Program-made: the position numbers and the translations under genes | The notes under the pieces: model-generated | The model's database searches: none | What the model was told of the DNA's origin: nothing | What the model saw: the letters and a program-made list of their open reading frames with translations, nothing else | Assembly (NCBI GenBank): GCA_044892525.1 | Contig: CM097885.1 | Span: forward strand, 25,112,001 to 25,176,000 | Source of the DNA: Schmidtea polychroa | Taxonomy: Eukaryota | Direction: 5' to 3' | Length of the DNA: 64,000 nt | Part shown: piece after piece, positions 35,360 through 51,200 of the stretch | Layout: each line of letters begins with the position of its first letter | How positions within the stretch are numbered: position 1 is the first letter of the stretch

Positions 35360-38300
35360 ATTCTGTTTTTTTTTATATATATGTCAATCGAAAAAAATGA
35401 AATAAAGTAATAAATGGATTGTTTTTTGTTAAACTTTTTTATTTTATCATAATTTTTGTACCTAATTTTTAAAATAGGGCGCTTTTTATAATTTTCGCCT
35501 GGGGCGTATAATTATCTCGAACCGGCGCTGCTAACTTTAATAATTTGTTTTAAATTGGTTCTCCCGGCTGACAATGTTTTCTACAATAATTTCGCAATTC
35601 ATTTTGTTTTCGGCTTTGTGTTTTGTTTAAATTTTTTCCTCTCGTCCATTTTTTCATTTTAAAATTGTGTCGTCTAATCCAAGTTGTGTTTCACTTTTAA
35701 AGTCTACCATATAATGGAATTTACAGATAATTATTTTGATTTCTACTACCAACCATTTCTTAGTGCCATCCGAAATTACTTTATTATCTCTGACACCTTT
35801 CGAGATATACAATTTAATTTTGTTTTCTCCCTTTTTATTTTCCCGACTTTCCGGCAGTCAATTCACTATCTCAAACAAGTTATTGTGATAAGGTAATTTC
35901 ATTTTCAAATTTGTATTTTGTTTATAAATTGTACTTGTTAATTAAGAACAACCTTGTATTTCATTGTTTAATTTTATTGATTTTGTTATTTTCTCATTTT
36001 CAATTTCTTTTATCAACCCTGTTTTTCAGAATTTTGGAACAACATATCATTTATTTTATATATTTTCTTCTACTCTAACATTTATTTTATTTTATTATTT
36101 ATGTAATTTTTATATAGGCTGGGAAATTTCAAAATACGTTTGCTTATTTTTCATTAGTCATATTATGGTTAAAAAATACTGTTATGTAGATTGTAGATGT
36201 TATAGAAATTTCTGTTGCAAGTTCATTGCAGATTAGGTTATGGGTTTTACTACAAACAATTCTTGTCCAACCAGACTTATATAATTTGTATGCGATTCGC
36301 ACTATATTTTTCTTTTCTTTATACGCCTTTTTTATAAGTTAATTCATTTGTAATAGCCATTATAAATTGAGACAATGAATTTAAGAGATTCACGCGTTGC
36401 AAAAAATGAGCTTGAACTTTTTGTAATAAAGGACGAGTAGTGTCTATTTTTTGCAATAATTTATTCCATAGGATGGTTAACAATGTCTTTTAATACGTAT
36501 CTAAACAATTACATAATTAAAAAGCATATTCTTTATATACCAGTTTCGAGCTTTTGCTCTCATCATTACTGTGCACGAGCCGTGAAGATTTCACTTCACG
36601 CCAGGTAAGTCCACAACATTATTTATTCAGCTTTATTGCATACTTTGCCTGTTACACTGAATATCACATCGCTTGCCTTTTTAACTTGGTCACAGAAAAG
36701 CTGTAATCTGGCAAACATGGCGTATGAAAAATCATATTCACCTCTGCGGACTGAGTTCCTTAAAATTTCGGTAAACATTAATATAATTTGATATACACAT
36801 CAGAACTCCTTAGTACTTACAATTATTTATTAAAATATAATTTTTTTAACATAACTTGTTATTGTTGAAATTAATTAGTTTAAAACAAAATAATTGAAAT
36901 TAAATGGTAAAACGACCTTTAGGTTTTTGTTGCGTAATTTAATTCTAAGAACAATAATGTCAACAAGCATATTCAAAAAAATAAACAATGAATTAAAACT
37001 TGGTCTATATGTTGTTACATCGCATTCTAATTTGATATTTCACACAAACATTCACATTTCATTAAAACAAAATTCAAATGAACAATTAGTTTCTGAATTT
37101 TGTATTTTTGCCAATGATTTTATTTTTTGTGTTGTCTAAACAGCGGAATTTTACTAAAAAACTAAAATGCTACAATATCAGTGACGAATAATTTGTGACT
37201 TTTTTATGTTTGTAAAAGAATATATTAACTCAAAATTATTTACTCGATTTTCATTTTAATTGAACCGGATGTATTTGGCATTTATCGCATAATTCTGACT
37301 GCATGCCTCGGGCAGTGTACGCATTTTCTGCTTATTTCAGATTGAATTTAATTAATGACCACCAAATCAATTAATTAATTTTGATAGACTTTGCAAAAAC
37401 AAAACTTTTTGTAATCTGTATAAATTAAAGCAATATCCAGGCACATTTTATTAAATCAGATTTTTCCAAAAATTTTTTCTTATAATCAAAAGTGTTCCCT
37501 TGCCTTAAAAAGGATAAAAACACTGTTCAAGTTTTGTGTGATGTTTCTTGTATAGGATGTTTTTCTTTTGTTACAATAGAATTTTATTTGGATGATTAAT
37601 TGGGTAAACAATTTTACGATTTCTAGGATTGCTAATTTGTATTTGTCCCTTTCTGAATTTCTAATTTCCCTCAAAAAATATTGATTTTTAAATTTAATTA
37701 ATTTGTGCCACATCAGAACATACTTAAAAGTCTTTTTGAACATAATTTTGAAATCGTAATGCGAAGCTCGTCTATTACACTAATCCAGTACTATTGGATT
37801 TTGCACTCAATTGAACCTAATATCCAATGAGCTAAATTTCAGAGAAACTACACAAAAAGAACTGGAATATACGAGGATCTATTCGAACATTTGCTAATTT
37901 TTATTCTGATGACCTCACTGCAGTAGGATGGATGAACTGCTGGATTTCACAAGTTCTAAAAAAATTGTTTCGGATAAACAAATTCTTATAAAAAAGCTAA
38001 TTAAAATTAATTAAGGAATTACGAAGTCTGAAAATCGATATTTTTCGCGAGAAAGTGGAAACGCCTAGCAAATAAAAAGATGAGGACGAATATAACAATG
38101 TCACAATTACAAACCAATACAAAAAATAAAGTAGTTTGCATGAATAATTGTAACAATTGAACAAGATTCCGATGTTGATAACAACCTTTCAAAAAAAATA
38201 AATTAAAAACAAATATTTATTTGGCTCAATATTTTCACACAGATATAGATAACCATATTGACAAAGGGTAGTCCAAGGTATAATAGCCAAGTTAAAATCA

Positions 38301-38406
38301 TCAAAATTGCAAGGTAAAAAATATACTTGATTCACTCCTAATAATTTTAATTATAAAAAGTTGTTTTAATGACTGCAAAATGTTTAAAATTAAAAAAAGT
38401 TTCTTG

Positions 38407-38784
38407 TCAATTTACTGATACATTCATGACTTCAGGAAGATTTGGTCTCGGAATTAATCTCAAAGCGTCTTCATAAGAAGGTAATTGGTTTCTACTTTGA
38501 CAATAACATCTTAAGCCCACAATTAATAACACTGCAACCACAAAAAAGACACATAAAAATAGAATTATTTTTTCTTGGAATAGTAAAGTTTCTTTCGAAC
38601 AGACTTCTCTAGAACTAATCTGTTTACAATCTCCGCAACATCTCTCGTACCGCATTTCAATGAAATCCATTGAGTGACAACAATAATTTTCACAGACTAG
38701 TTTGGGATGATTGAAACATTTTTGTCCTGGAATCGTTTGACTGCAAATAATACTCAAAAAAAACAAAATCATCAAAAGAGTCAT
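38407..38784 (-). CDS. Small single-pass membrane protein with Shisa-like/WBP1-type architecture
   Basis: Signal peptide MTLLMILFFLSIICS, Cys-rich ectodomain (C..C..CC..CC..C..C), TM helix, CYC and an LPSY motif. Confidence 0.65.
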   Translation of the reverse strand: MTLLMILFFLSIICSQTIPGQKCFNHPKLVCENYCCHSMDFIEMRYERCCGDCKQISSREVCSKETLLFQEKIILFLCVFFVVAVLLIVGLRCYCQSRNQLPSYEDALRLIPRPNLPEVMNVSVN

Positions 38785-40289
38785 TTTTAAACGCCAAACG
38801 CAAATAATATTCCAGAATGAAAATAATAATAATTTATTTATAATTATATATAAATAATATTGTATTTGATTGCACAATATTAATTGGTTTACCAAAATTT
38901 ATAAATGCACATCAGTTTGTTTTATTACACAAATATTTTACACAATTCTTTCTGCAATGCTCACTGAGCACTCACAATAACGATTTTTTATTTTTGCTAA
39001 ATGCTTATCTGAAATGGAAATATTATTTAAAATCAATATTTTACAAGGCAAAGAGTATAAGCATGCAACAAATAAAAGTTTAAGATAAATATAATAATTA
39101 AATATTAACGGGAGGGTCATAGGCAGTGGTGAGCTATGCATGTCCTGCGGGGGCTCGGCAGAGCCCCTTGTTAACTTTTCAAAAAATTTTGCGAGCCCCT
39201 TGTTGTTCTTTCAACTGTGATTTTGCGCTTCACTTCAAATTAAAATTTCTATTGTTTTAATGGGAAAACGTAAAATATAGAACTTTTTCTTTCGTAAAAT
39301 CAAAATATTAAATTTTTTTTTCTAAAATCAAAATATAAAACTTTTTTTACCTCAAATTAAAATATAAATTATTTTTAGAATAATCAAAATATAGAAACTT
39401 TTTTAATATAAATAATTTAACAAATTATTTAAAATTTTCGATTTTTTACGATATGTGATATCATTTTTATGGTTGCTGATTTTGCAGAGGTGTTTGGAAA
39501 TTCAAAAAAAATTCGACGTAATTAAAAACGCTATGCTATGTAAAGTCGTCTTTTAATCGAGTATATCTGTCAAACTGTCACGCGAGCCCTTTGCTAAATT
39601 ATTATATGACTTGCGAGCCCCTTGTTAAAAATTTCATTATATAGGTAACGGTATATAAAAATTAAAAACTAATTAATTAATTATTCAAAAAACGTTTTTT
39701 AATAATCCTAAATTTTGCAGGCGAAGTGGCGGCCTATCAAATTGAGAATCAATAATGGATAATTAGATTTCACTAAAGCTTGAAAACGACTGTTGGAGAT
39801 TATCGGCTAATTTGGATCGATAACTAACAGCCCTAATAAATTGGTATCGTTGAACAAATTTTGTTGATTTTTGAAATTTATTAAAAAGTTAGCTTCTATA
39901 CTAAACGGTATAAAAGTAGAAACAACAATAAGACAAGGGTTTAACCTTTAAAGTTTAAACAATACCAAATAAAGAAATTTTTTGATTAAGCTAATTAGAT
40001 TTTCTTTCGCAAAATCCATTAAAACCCATTTGATTTTAATGAGTGTCACAGGATATTAGCTCAGCGATCTCTGATTCCAAATGAAAGGATTTTCATTCAC
40101 CATTACTTGATATAGCCGAGGCTTTATAACTGATTATGCAAATGTTTGAGTTTTTCATTTATTCTGCAATATGGTCTACAATTCTAATTGCTGTAAATTT
40201 AGAATAATAAAAAAATTCCAAACATCCAGTGAGAATAATCGTGTTGAGCAAGAAACAATATAAAAATACGGGAAGAGTTAACTCTCTAA

Positions 40290-41240
40290 ATGAAAATGAA
40301 ACTGACAGAACTACCCATAGAGAATTCAAATATCCATTCGGTCTTGATGTCGTATCACTGTTACCCACCTATCGATCCAAAAGATGCTATTAAATATTTA
40401 GAAAAGAAATTAAGAGAAAGAAACTTGTTAAAAAAGAAAATGAATACTGAGAAAATCATCAAACTTAACGTTATCCTCGAAAAAACTTATTTTCAAATTT
40501 GAACAAAATATATATGAACAGGTTAAAGATCTGTCAATGAGTTCGAGCATCTCAGGATTGTTAACAATCATCTTCATAAATAACTTCGAACGACAAACAC
40601 CGAAGATAATACAATCCATCTATTTCTATGCAAAATATGTAGATGATATGTTTATCACGACCAAGACAAGAAAAGAAGAGGAAGAAATATTTGATATATT
40701 TAATGTGGCTCACCAAAATATTAAGTATGAAATCGAATATCCGGAAGAAGATGGATCTCTCAATCTACTGGATTTAAAAATTAAAAAAGAAGTAGATACT
40801 CCAACTTACATATTCTACAAAAAACAACTCGCAAAGGAATATATTTATGCACCAAAGATCAGCGCTTCCATACTTACAGAAAGTAAATATCATAAAATAC
40901 GAAAAACAAAGGATAGTCAATCGATGTACTGAAGAGAAGGAGAACTACAAACAATAATTAAACTTCAATAAAGTCTTACACAGAAACGGATATCGCAATA
41001 AGGACATTGAAAGAATGAATTTAAACCCAAAAAGATCTTGGGAGACCACACAATAAAAGAAGAAAATTTTTTATCCGAATATACATCAGACATACCCTAC
41101 TTTAAGATCATAAAAGAACTTAGACACACTGGCCTTCCAATTTATGAAGCACACAAGTCTTGAAAATTAAGAGAAACTCTGTCAAACAACACAAAAAAAG
41201 AAAATATTTTTACAATGGAAAATTGTTAGACACCGAAGAA
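40290..41240 (+). pseudogene. Penelope-like retroelement reverse transcriptase fragment
   Basis: Frameshifted motifs LDVVSL, LSMSSSISGLL, YAKYVDDMF and LNLLDL; its 3' part resembles the GIY-YIG-linked fragment at 62657-63085. Confidence 0.8.
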
Positions 41241-42138
41241 AATAAAACTCAAATCCCAACAAAATATTTATTTCCAAATTTTTCAAATTAGTTATATTAA
41301 TAGTTACACAAAATGGGTATCACCTTAAAAATCAAAACACAATTTTGTCTATTTCGTTTCTCTGAATTACTCCTCGATTCGTTCACTGTCTTTATTCAAT
41401 TTAATAATTTATCCTTACCAAATTCCTCTTCCACCAGCTAGCACTACCCGTCAACTGCTCTCACATGAAAACTTACTCAAATATAACCGAAACACATAAA
41501 ACAACAAAAACAAATTTGAATAAAGGCGATTAGTAAAATTAAAAAGAAAATTAAAGAAAATCTCCATAAAATCTTACGTAAGGAAAATTAGATCAAAATT
41601 TTGAATGAAAATTCAAAACAATCCATAAAAAATGGCGAAATCCATCATGACCGCCAAACGACCCAATAAAATTTATAAAAAATAAATATTTTTGTTTAAA
41701 ATATAAATATTTTAGAAAAGAATTTACAAAAAACCATTTATAAATAAGAAATAGATTAAATTTAGCATGGAATGTTCTGGAAATGCCCAAATCCATCATG
41801 AAGGCGAATTTAATAAAAAATAATTCAAAAATAAAAACAAAATTAATATGTCAAAATCGCCATAAAAATCGAATGTTCTAGAATTAAAATAATTCGAATT
41901 TGTTTTACTACATCAATGCACGCATGGATACTTGCACACCAAAAATCGGGTATATAAACTAACACATTTCGTCACTTTTCAATGCTTACTCTTATGTCAA
42001 ATTTTTGAGTTTGATTTTTCTAAGATTGGGAAGTAAGGACGATTTTGTTGTTATAAATCCACCCCCTCTCAAGTTGTATGGTAATCAAAACCGATGCTAA
42101 TAGTACAAATCTAGATTATATATATATATATATATATA

Positions 42139-45318
<3,180 letters not shown>

Positions 45319-45319
45319 G

Positions 45320-45676
45320 TCCTTTAATGATCGTAAAGTAAGGTATGTCTGATGTATATTAGGATAAAAAATTTTCTTCTTTTATTGTGTTGTCTCCCAA
45401 GATCTTTTTGGGTTTAAATTCATTCTTTCAATGTCCTTATTGCGATATCCGTTTCTGTGTAGGACTTTATTGAAGTTTAATTATTGTTTGTAGTTCTCCT
45501 TCTCTTCAGTACATCGATTGACTATCCTTTGTTTTTCGTATTTTATGATATTTACTTTCTGTAAGTATGGAAGCGCTGATCTTTGGTGCATAAATATATT
45601 CCTTTGCGAGTTGTTTTTTGTAGAATATGTAAGTTGGAGTATCTACTTCTTTTTTAATTTTTAAATCCAGTAGATT
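45320..45676 (-). repeat. Inverted copy of Penelope segment ~40762-41120
   Basis: Encodes the same peptide NLLDLKIKKEVDTPTY...DSQSMY as ORF 40537-40932. Confidence 0.9.
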
Positions 45677-48216
45677 CGGAGACTCGAAAAAATATAATTT
45701 ATAATTTTTCATAAATACCCCCCCCCCCCCCAAAGTTATATAATAGTAAAAATAATGCTAACACTAACAATATAAATGTATGTATAGAAATATTCGACTT
45801 ATAACATTAGGATCTATATTTTTTCTAAATCCCCCCAAGTTATATTTATGATAATAAATTATATTGAATTTCTTAATATCATTTTAACATATATTCTAAA
45901 ATTTCATAAATTTAAGATTCGTAAATTCCAATACCCCTAAGTTTGATACTGATAATCAAGTCTAGTGAACTTTATAACATAAATTTGATGTATATTTTAA
46001 TTGTTGGAAAAATTCAAAATTTCCAAAAGTATGAATTTCATTTTTCTATCGACAACCCCCAGGTTATCGCACGATAAGAAACAGGTTCATATGACATCTA
46101 TATATTGTAAAATATAAATCTTAGCTTATGAAGTAATTTCTTAAACCCCATGAAATATATAAAGATGGAGAAAATTCTCAATATAGTTGCAATTATTATT
46201 ATCATTATAAATATTGCTACCATTTATATTGTTACTCTCATTAATAGGATTATTATCATTTTATTTATCATTAAAATCGCTATTGGTAATATTATTAGTT
46301 TCATTGGCATTGTTAATATTGTTAAGATTGTAACCCTTTTTATCGGTAGGCCCAGTGCGCTAATCATATATTTAAGGTAGTTAATTTGCGAAGGATGATG
46401 CGCTGTTAGTCCGGGGAAATTGTGACTCCACTACTGATTACAATAAATTTATTTTGTTTAAAACTCTTTAAGATCGTCAAAACGGTTAAGGTACGACAGT
46501 TAGTATATTATCACGATTTTTATATATTATAATTAATATATACGTAATTAGATCTATTTCATAATTTTGTGTTGTATTTATTATGTTTACTCCGAACCCC
46601 CCACTAATTTTACTATATTACTAATATCCGTAATTAATTTATTATTTTACAAAAATTAAAACAAAATTACTTGTTTGGAAATTCCCACTACTAAAATTAA
46701 CCCCAACAACGCATTACCCAATAAAATCTCGGCAAATAACATGACTATTTTTAGTACCCCCACCCCTGTTGGTAAACCATCATCTAATAACGGAGTAACA
46801 GTGATACCATTAGCCGACATGCAACCACTGATACGATGGACCTATCACAATCTCAATTACAATCTCTACCCCCCCCCCCCCCCCTCCCCCTAAAAGAAAA
46901 ACCCTCGAAGTACCAGTGGCATACGCTCCCAGTTAATCCCAATAAAACAAACCAACCACTTAGATCCAATAACCAACATCATGGATCTACCAGTAACGAG
47001 TGAGGGTGTCATACAGGCAAGCACAAAATACAGTTTGAGGGCTAATCGAGTAAGTAACACCTTTACACTACCAGTTTACCCTGCCTTCATTCCATCAGTG
47101 GCTAATATAAAACCGTCAAGGTGTAGAACTCCATTCAGGGGAAATCCACTAGCAAACCCATCTGCCAGAAACTACTAGTTCCCTATTTACCTCAGGAACA
47201 ATGACGTAAAACCTTCTATCTGCAGTCAACAACCCGAAAATGAAAATATCATGAGGAGTAGTTTTAGCAGTAGAGCTGACCTACTCATCGATTTTCAATC
47301 ATTGTATACAGCGCCAACATGGTTATCACCATGGATACACAGATGGCATAAGGATAATAGTCGTGAAGGCGTTTAGGAAGGAGCCGATTCCATATCTATA
47401 AGCATCCCTAACACATTTACAATTAAAATGACACACCCCTAAGTGCCATCAAAAGCAATAAACCTGTTTAAGCCATTATGCAAATTTTAGAGTATTAGAT
47501 CAGGTAAATCGAACTATATGACATTGTGGTAATTATGGAAACGAAATTTCAATCAAATTTCTTTAACCTACCTGAACACAGCACTGGGCTTTGTTCAATA
47601 ACATCATTTTATGGACATCAAATAATCAAAGCTAAACAAATTCAAATATAATTAAGATTTTCCGGGTTCAATGGCGGTAAATTATTTTCAAAGTAACTTC
47701 AATATTTTGATTAATTCTAATATTAATGAGGAAATCAATACATTTTACATTTTAGTTTTATTTTCTGTTGTCAAAATTCACATATTTAGTCAAATAATAT
47801 TTACATTGAAAGTTAAAATAAAAATTAGATTAAATATTGAACATTAAATTTGTTCAAATTAATGACGTATAAATATTTTTTAAAAAATAAATTAAAATCA
47901 ACTATAGTTTAAATTGATCAAAAACATCAAATATAAGTTTAATTCAAATGTATACAAATTGGCGCAAGGACAATTATAAAGGTAACAATAGCTTAATTCA
48001 GTTTATTAGTGATCTAAATTTTTAAAAGAAATTATTTATTTTTCATTTTTAGTTTATTTAGAAACATTTGTGTGTAGTAAACTTGTAAGTTTGCATTAAA
48101 TTTAAGCCAATTTTGTTGTTATTAGTATTTGCTTTATAAACAAAGTTTCAGTTTATTTTTCGTTGTTAATCAACATTTACCATCAAATTTTCAATGGTCT
48201 ATTTCCAGATCGCAAC

Positions 48217-51200
48217 ATGAAAAACGAAAACAATTACGACAATGTACCTGTTAAAATTAAAATCAACGAGGAATATACAAATAATCGAAAAAAACCGAAG
48301 TAATATATAATTATTCATGCTTAAAAGTTAAGTGAAATAAAGGGGCTGGGGTCACTGGAATAGTTTTTTAAAGAGTGAAGAATATGCAAGTTTGTTACCG
48401 TTGAATGATGATATAACTGAGGAAGAGCTATCGAAACATAACAAACCCGGGGATTTATGGATAGGATTGATGTATGAAAAGCGAAGTAAACAACAACTAG
48501 ATTAGTTATTAGATAATTATGAAAACTTTCCTTTTGCAGTTTGTGTATTTGATGTGACCTTATTTGCTGAATACCATCCTGGCGGGTATGCTATCATGAA
48601 ATCTGTTGCCGGCAGAGACGCAACTGAAGATTTTCGAGTGGTAAATTAATAATTTTTTCGAAAGAAAATGCCAAATTGATATTTTAATTTAATTGGTTCA
48701 AAATAATATTAAGGGGACAAATTATCGATTTTATAAAATGGAAGGGTGGGAGCAAGTTAGATATACGGCAGATGGGTATTATAGGACCGTTTTTACATTT
48801 TTACATTTTATTTTTTAATAAAACTGTTCCGGTCGGTATACTATTATAGCATCATTGAATTATGTCTATTTATGTGGTCTGCCAGGAAGTAACAATATTT
48901 AAACTTTTCAGGGCCCGCTAGTACCGAAAAATGCTTTTTGTGTTATGAAAATCAATTATTTTACAATTGCTTCAATTTTATTGATTTTCTTATTATATTT
49001 ATAATGATTCATTAATATTTGTAATCAATCATTAATAATATTTATAATCAATTAGTAATAATAGTTATAATCAATCATTAATAATATTTATAATCAATCA
49101 ATAATGATATATCAATTATTAATAATATTTATCAAATAATATTATAAATCAATAATAATATTTATGATCAATAATTAATAATTTGATTTTTCTATATTGT
49201 CCGTTCTTATTAAATATCGTTCAATTTGATTATTCGATCCTTTATTTCTTTGAATGTTTTCAGGTTATCCAATTTCAAATCTTAGTTTCTTGATCTTCGA
49301 TTTCATTTTGAATTTGCTAAATTTTTGACTTTGTTAAGAAACTCCGCAATTGAAGCAGTCTTTGATATAGTAAAGTATCATAAGACCAATTGTCAAATTT
49401 AATTGTTATAAAAGCATCTTGAATTTTCTTCTGTAGTGCAATTTGACATATTTTTGATTTTTGGCTTTTCACGTTATTCACAGACATGGTCGAGGTCGAA
49501 ACTAAGTGTTGCTGACATGTTGAAAGAATATTAAAATTTTTCCATAATAACAAGCTATATTCAGAAAAATGTTATTCAAATAAACTTATTTTCAAATCCC
49601 ACGTGGTTAATTTTAACTAAATCTACATTATATCCTGAGCAAAGCCACCATTCAACTTTTGACAATGATAAAATACCAAAAACTAGTATGAAAAAATGAA
49701 CTTTTGAATTATATGACATTAAGGAATTTTGTATAATATAGGTGTCCTAAACATTATTAGGCTTGAAAAATACATACTTTTAGCATTTAATCCTTAAAAG
49801 CATTGCATTACCGCTTGATACCATACCGAATTTTACTCCCTTAAAGTAAAATACATTTTAAGTTGGTGCACCATATTGGAGATTGACTACATACAATCGT
49901 ATCATCTTTTTTCGGTTCATTATTCAGGTTAAAAAATTCATTTAATTCTGAATTTTCTATTTTATAATCTTGCTTAATATTGCACTTAAGTCTTTGGATT
50001 TCTGTACATCATTTATACTAATTGTCGAAAATTATCGAACCCATATACGGCTCTACCCATATACGGAACCGTAAAAATAAAAATGTAATTTTTATTATAA
50101 GATCAAAACAATCAAAACCACTCAAACATTCTTTTCACGATATATTTCGACAGTTTTCCTGTTATCATTAGGTGGGATATAAGAACTATATAAAGTAAGA
50201 TTTTAAACAAATTTATTAATTTTATTAATTATATAAAAAAATTTTTTATTTTATAAAAACATTTCATTCTTTTTAAAAATTATAATTAAAATTATATATC
50301 ATTTTTAAAAATTTTAGCATTTATAATTTAATTTAATAATTTAAAAATGTTTTTATTAATTATTTAATTTAACAACAACAATCGATAAATATATAAATTA
50401 TTTAAAAAAATTTCAAACACAAGTTCTGCACATTAATTTTCGGATTCAATGACTTTATCAACAACGCCTCACAAATTACACGTTACCAATAATTATCGAA
50501 ACTTTTTAATAAAATTTTAAAATCAGACATTCCTATTTTACTCTTACAGTGCTCACTAATATTGGCCAATACCTTCGGTCTATAATGCTCTCGAGCTCGA
50601 ATACATAGATGACGGGAAGTCTCTCCCATGTATCTGGCATTACACCCATTACAAGTAAACTGATAAACGAGATCGGAACATAATTCGACCGAAGTTTTTG
50701 ACTTATTAATAACATATTGCGTATTTTCAATGAAGGTAACACTATCCTATAGTTTAAATTCCCTAACTGCTTTCTTATCTTTCCTTTATAATCCTTAAAA
50801 CCTTCCGAGTACGGCAATACTAAACAAATTTGGGCTCATCATCATTGCTCACACTATTTAATTTATTTAACTCATCACACTCACACACCTCAACAAAATC
50901 ACAACCAGATTTTAACTCATCAGATAAAGTCATTGAATCCGAAAATTAATGTGCAGAATGTAGTAAATACTTGTATTTTAAGTGTTTTTAAATAATTTTT
51001 CTTTGTATATTGTATGTATTGATTGGTGTATTAAATTAAATAATTAATAAAATTTTTAAATTTTTAAATTAAATGTTGAATGCTAAAATTTAAAAAAATA
51101 ATATATTAATTTAATTATAATTTTTTAAAAATAATTGTTTTTATTAAATAAAAAATATTTTTTTTATATATATAATTAATAAATGATGATGAGAGGAAAA

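Larger units (their letters stand above)
8476..35530 (+). mobile_element. hAT DNA transposon (ZMYM1-like transposase type) split by a Polinton insertion
   Basis: Perfect 8-bp TSD CTAACTTT (8468-8475, 35531-35538); CAG...CTG ends; transposase halves rejoin across the insert as ...HVFNVM|LDQSLISISERF. Confidence 0.9.

Noticed and set aside
39120..39640. Four GAGCCCCTTG-like motifs resembling transposon subterminal repeats
   Set aside because: No matching second end or TSD found.
46675..47450. GC-elevated stretch with short ORFs (similar at 56224-56530)
   Set aside because: No sustained frame or recognisable motif; probably decayed repeats.
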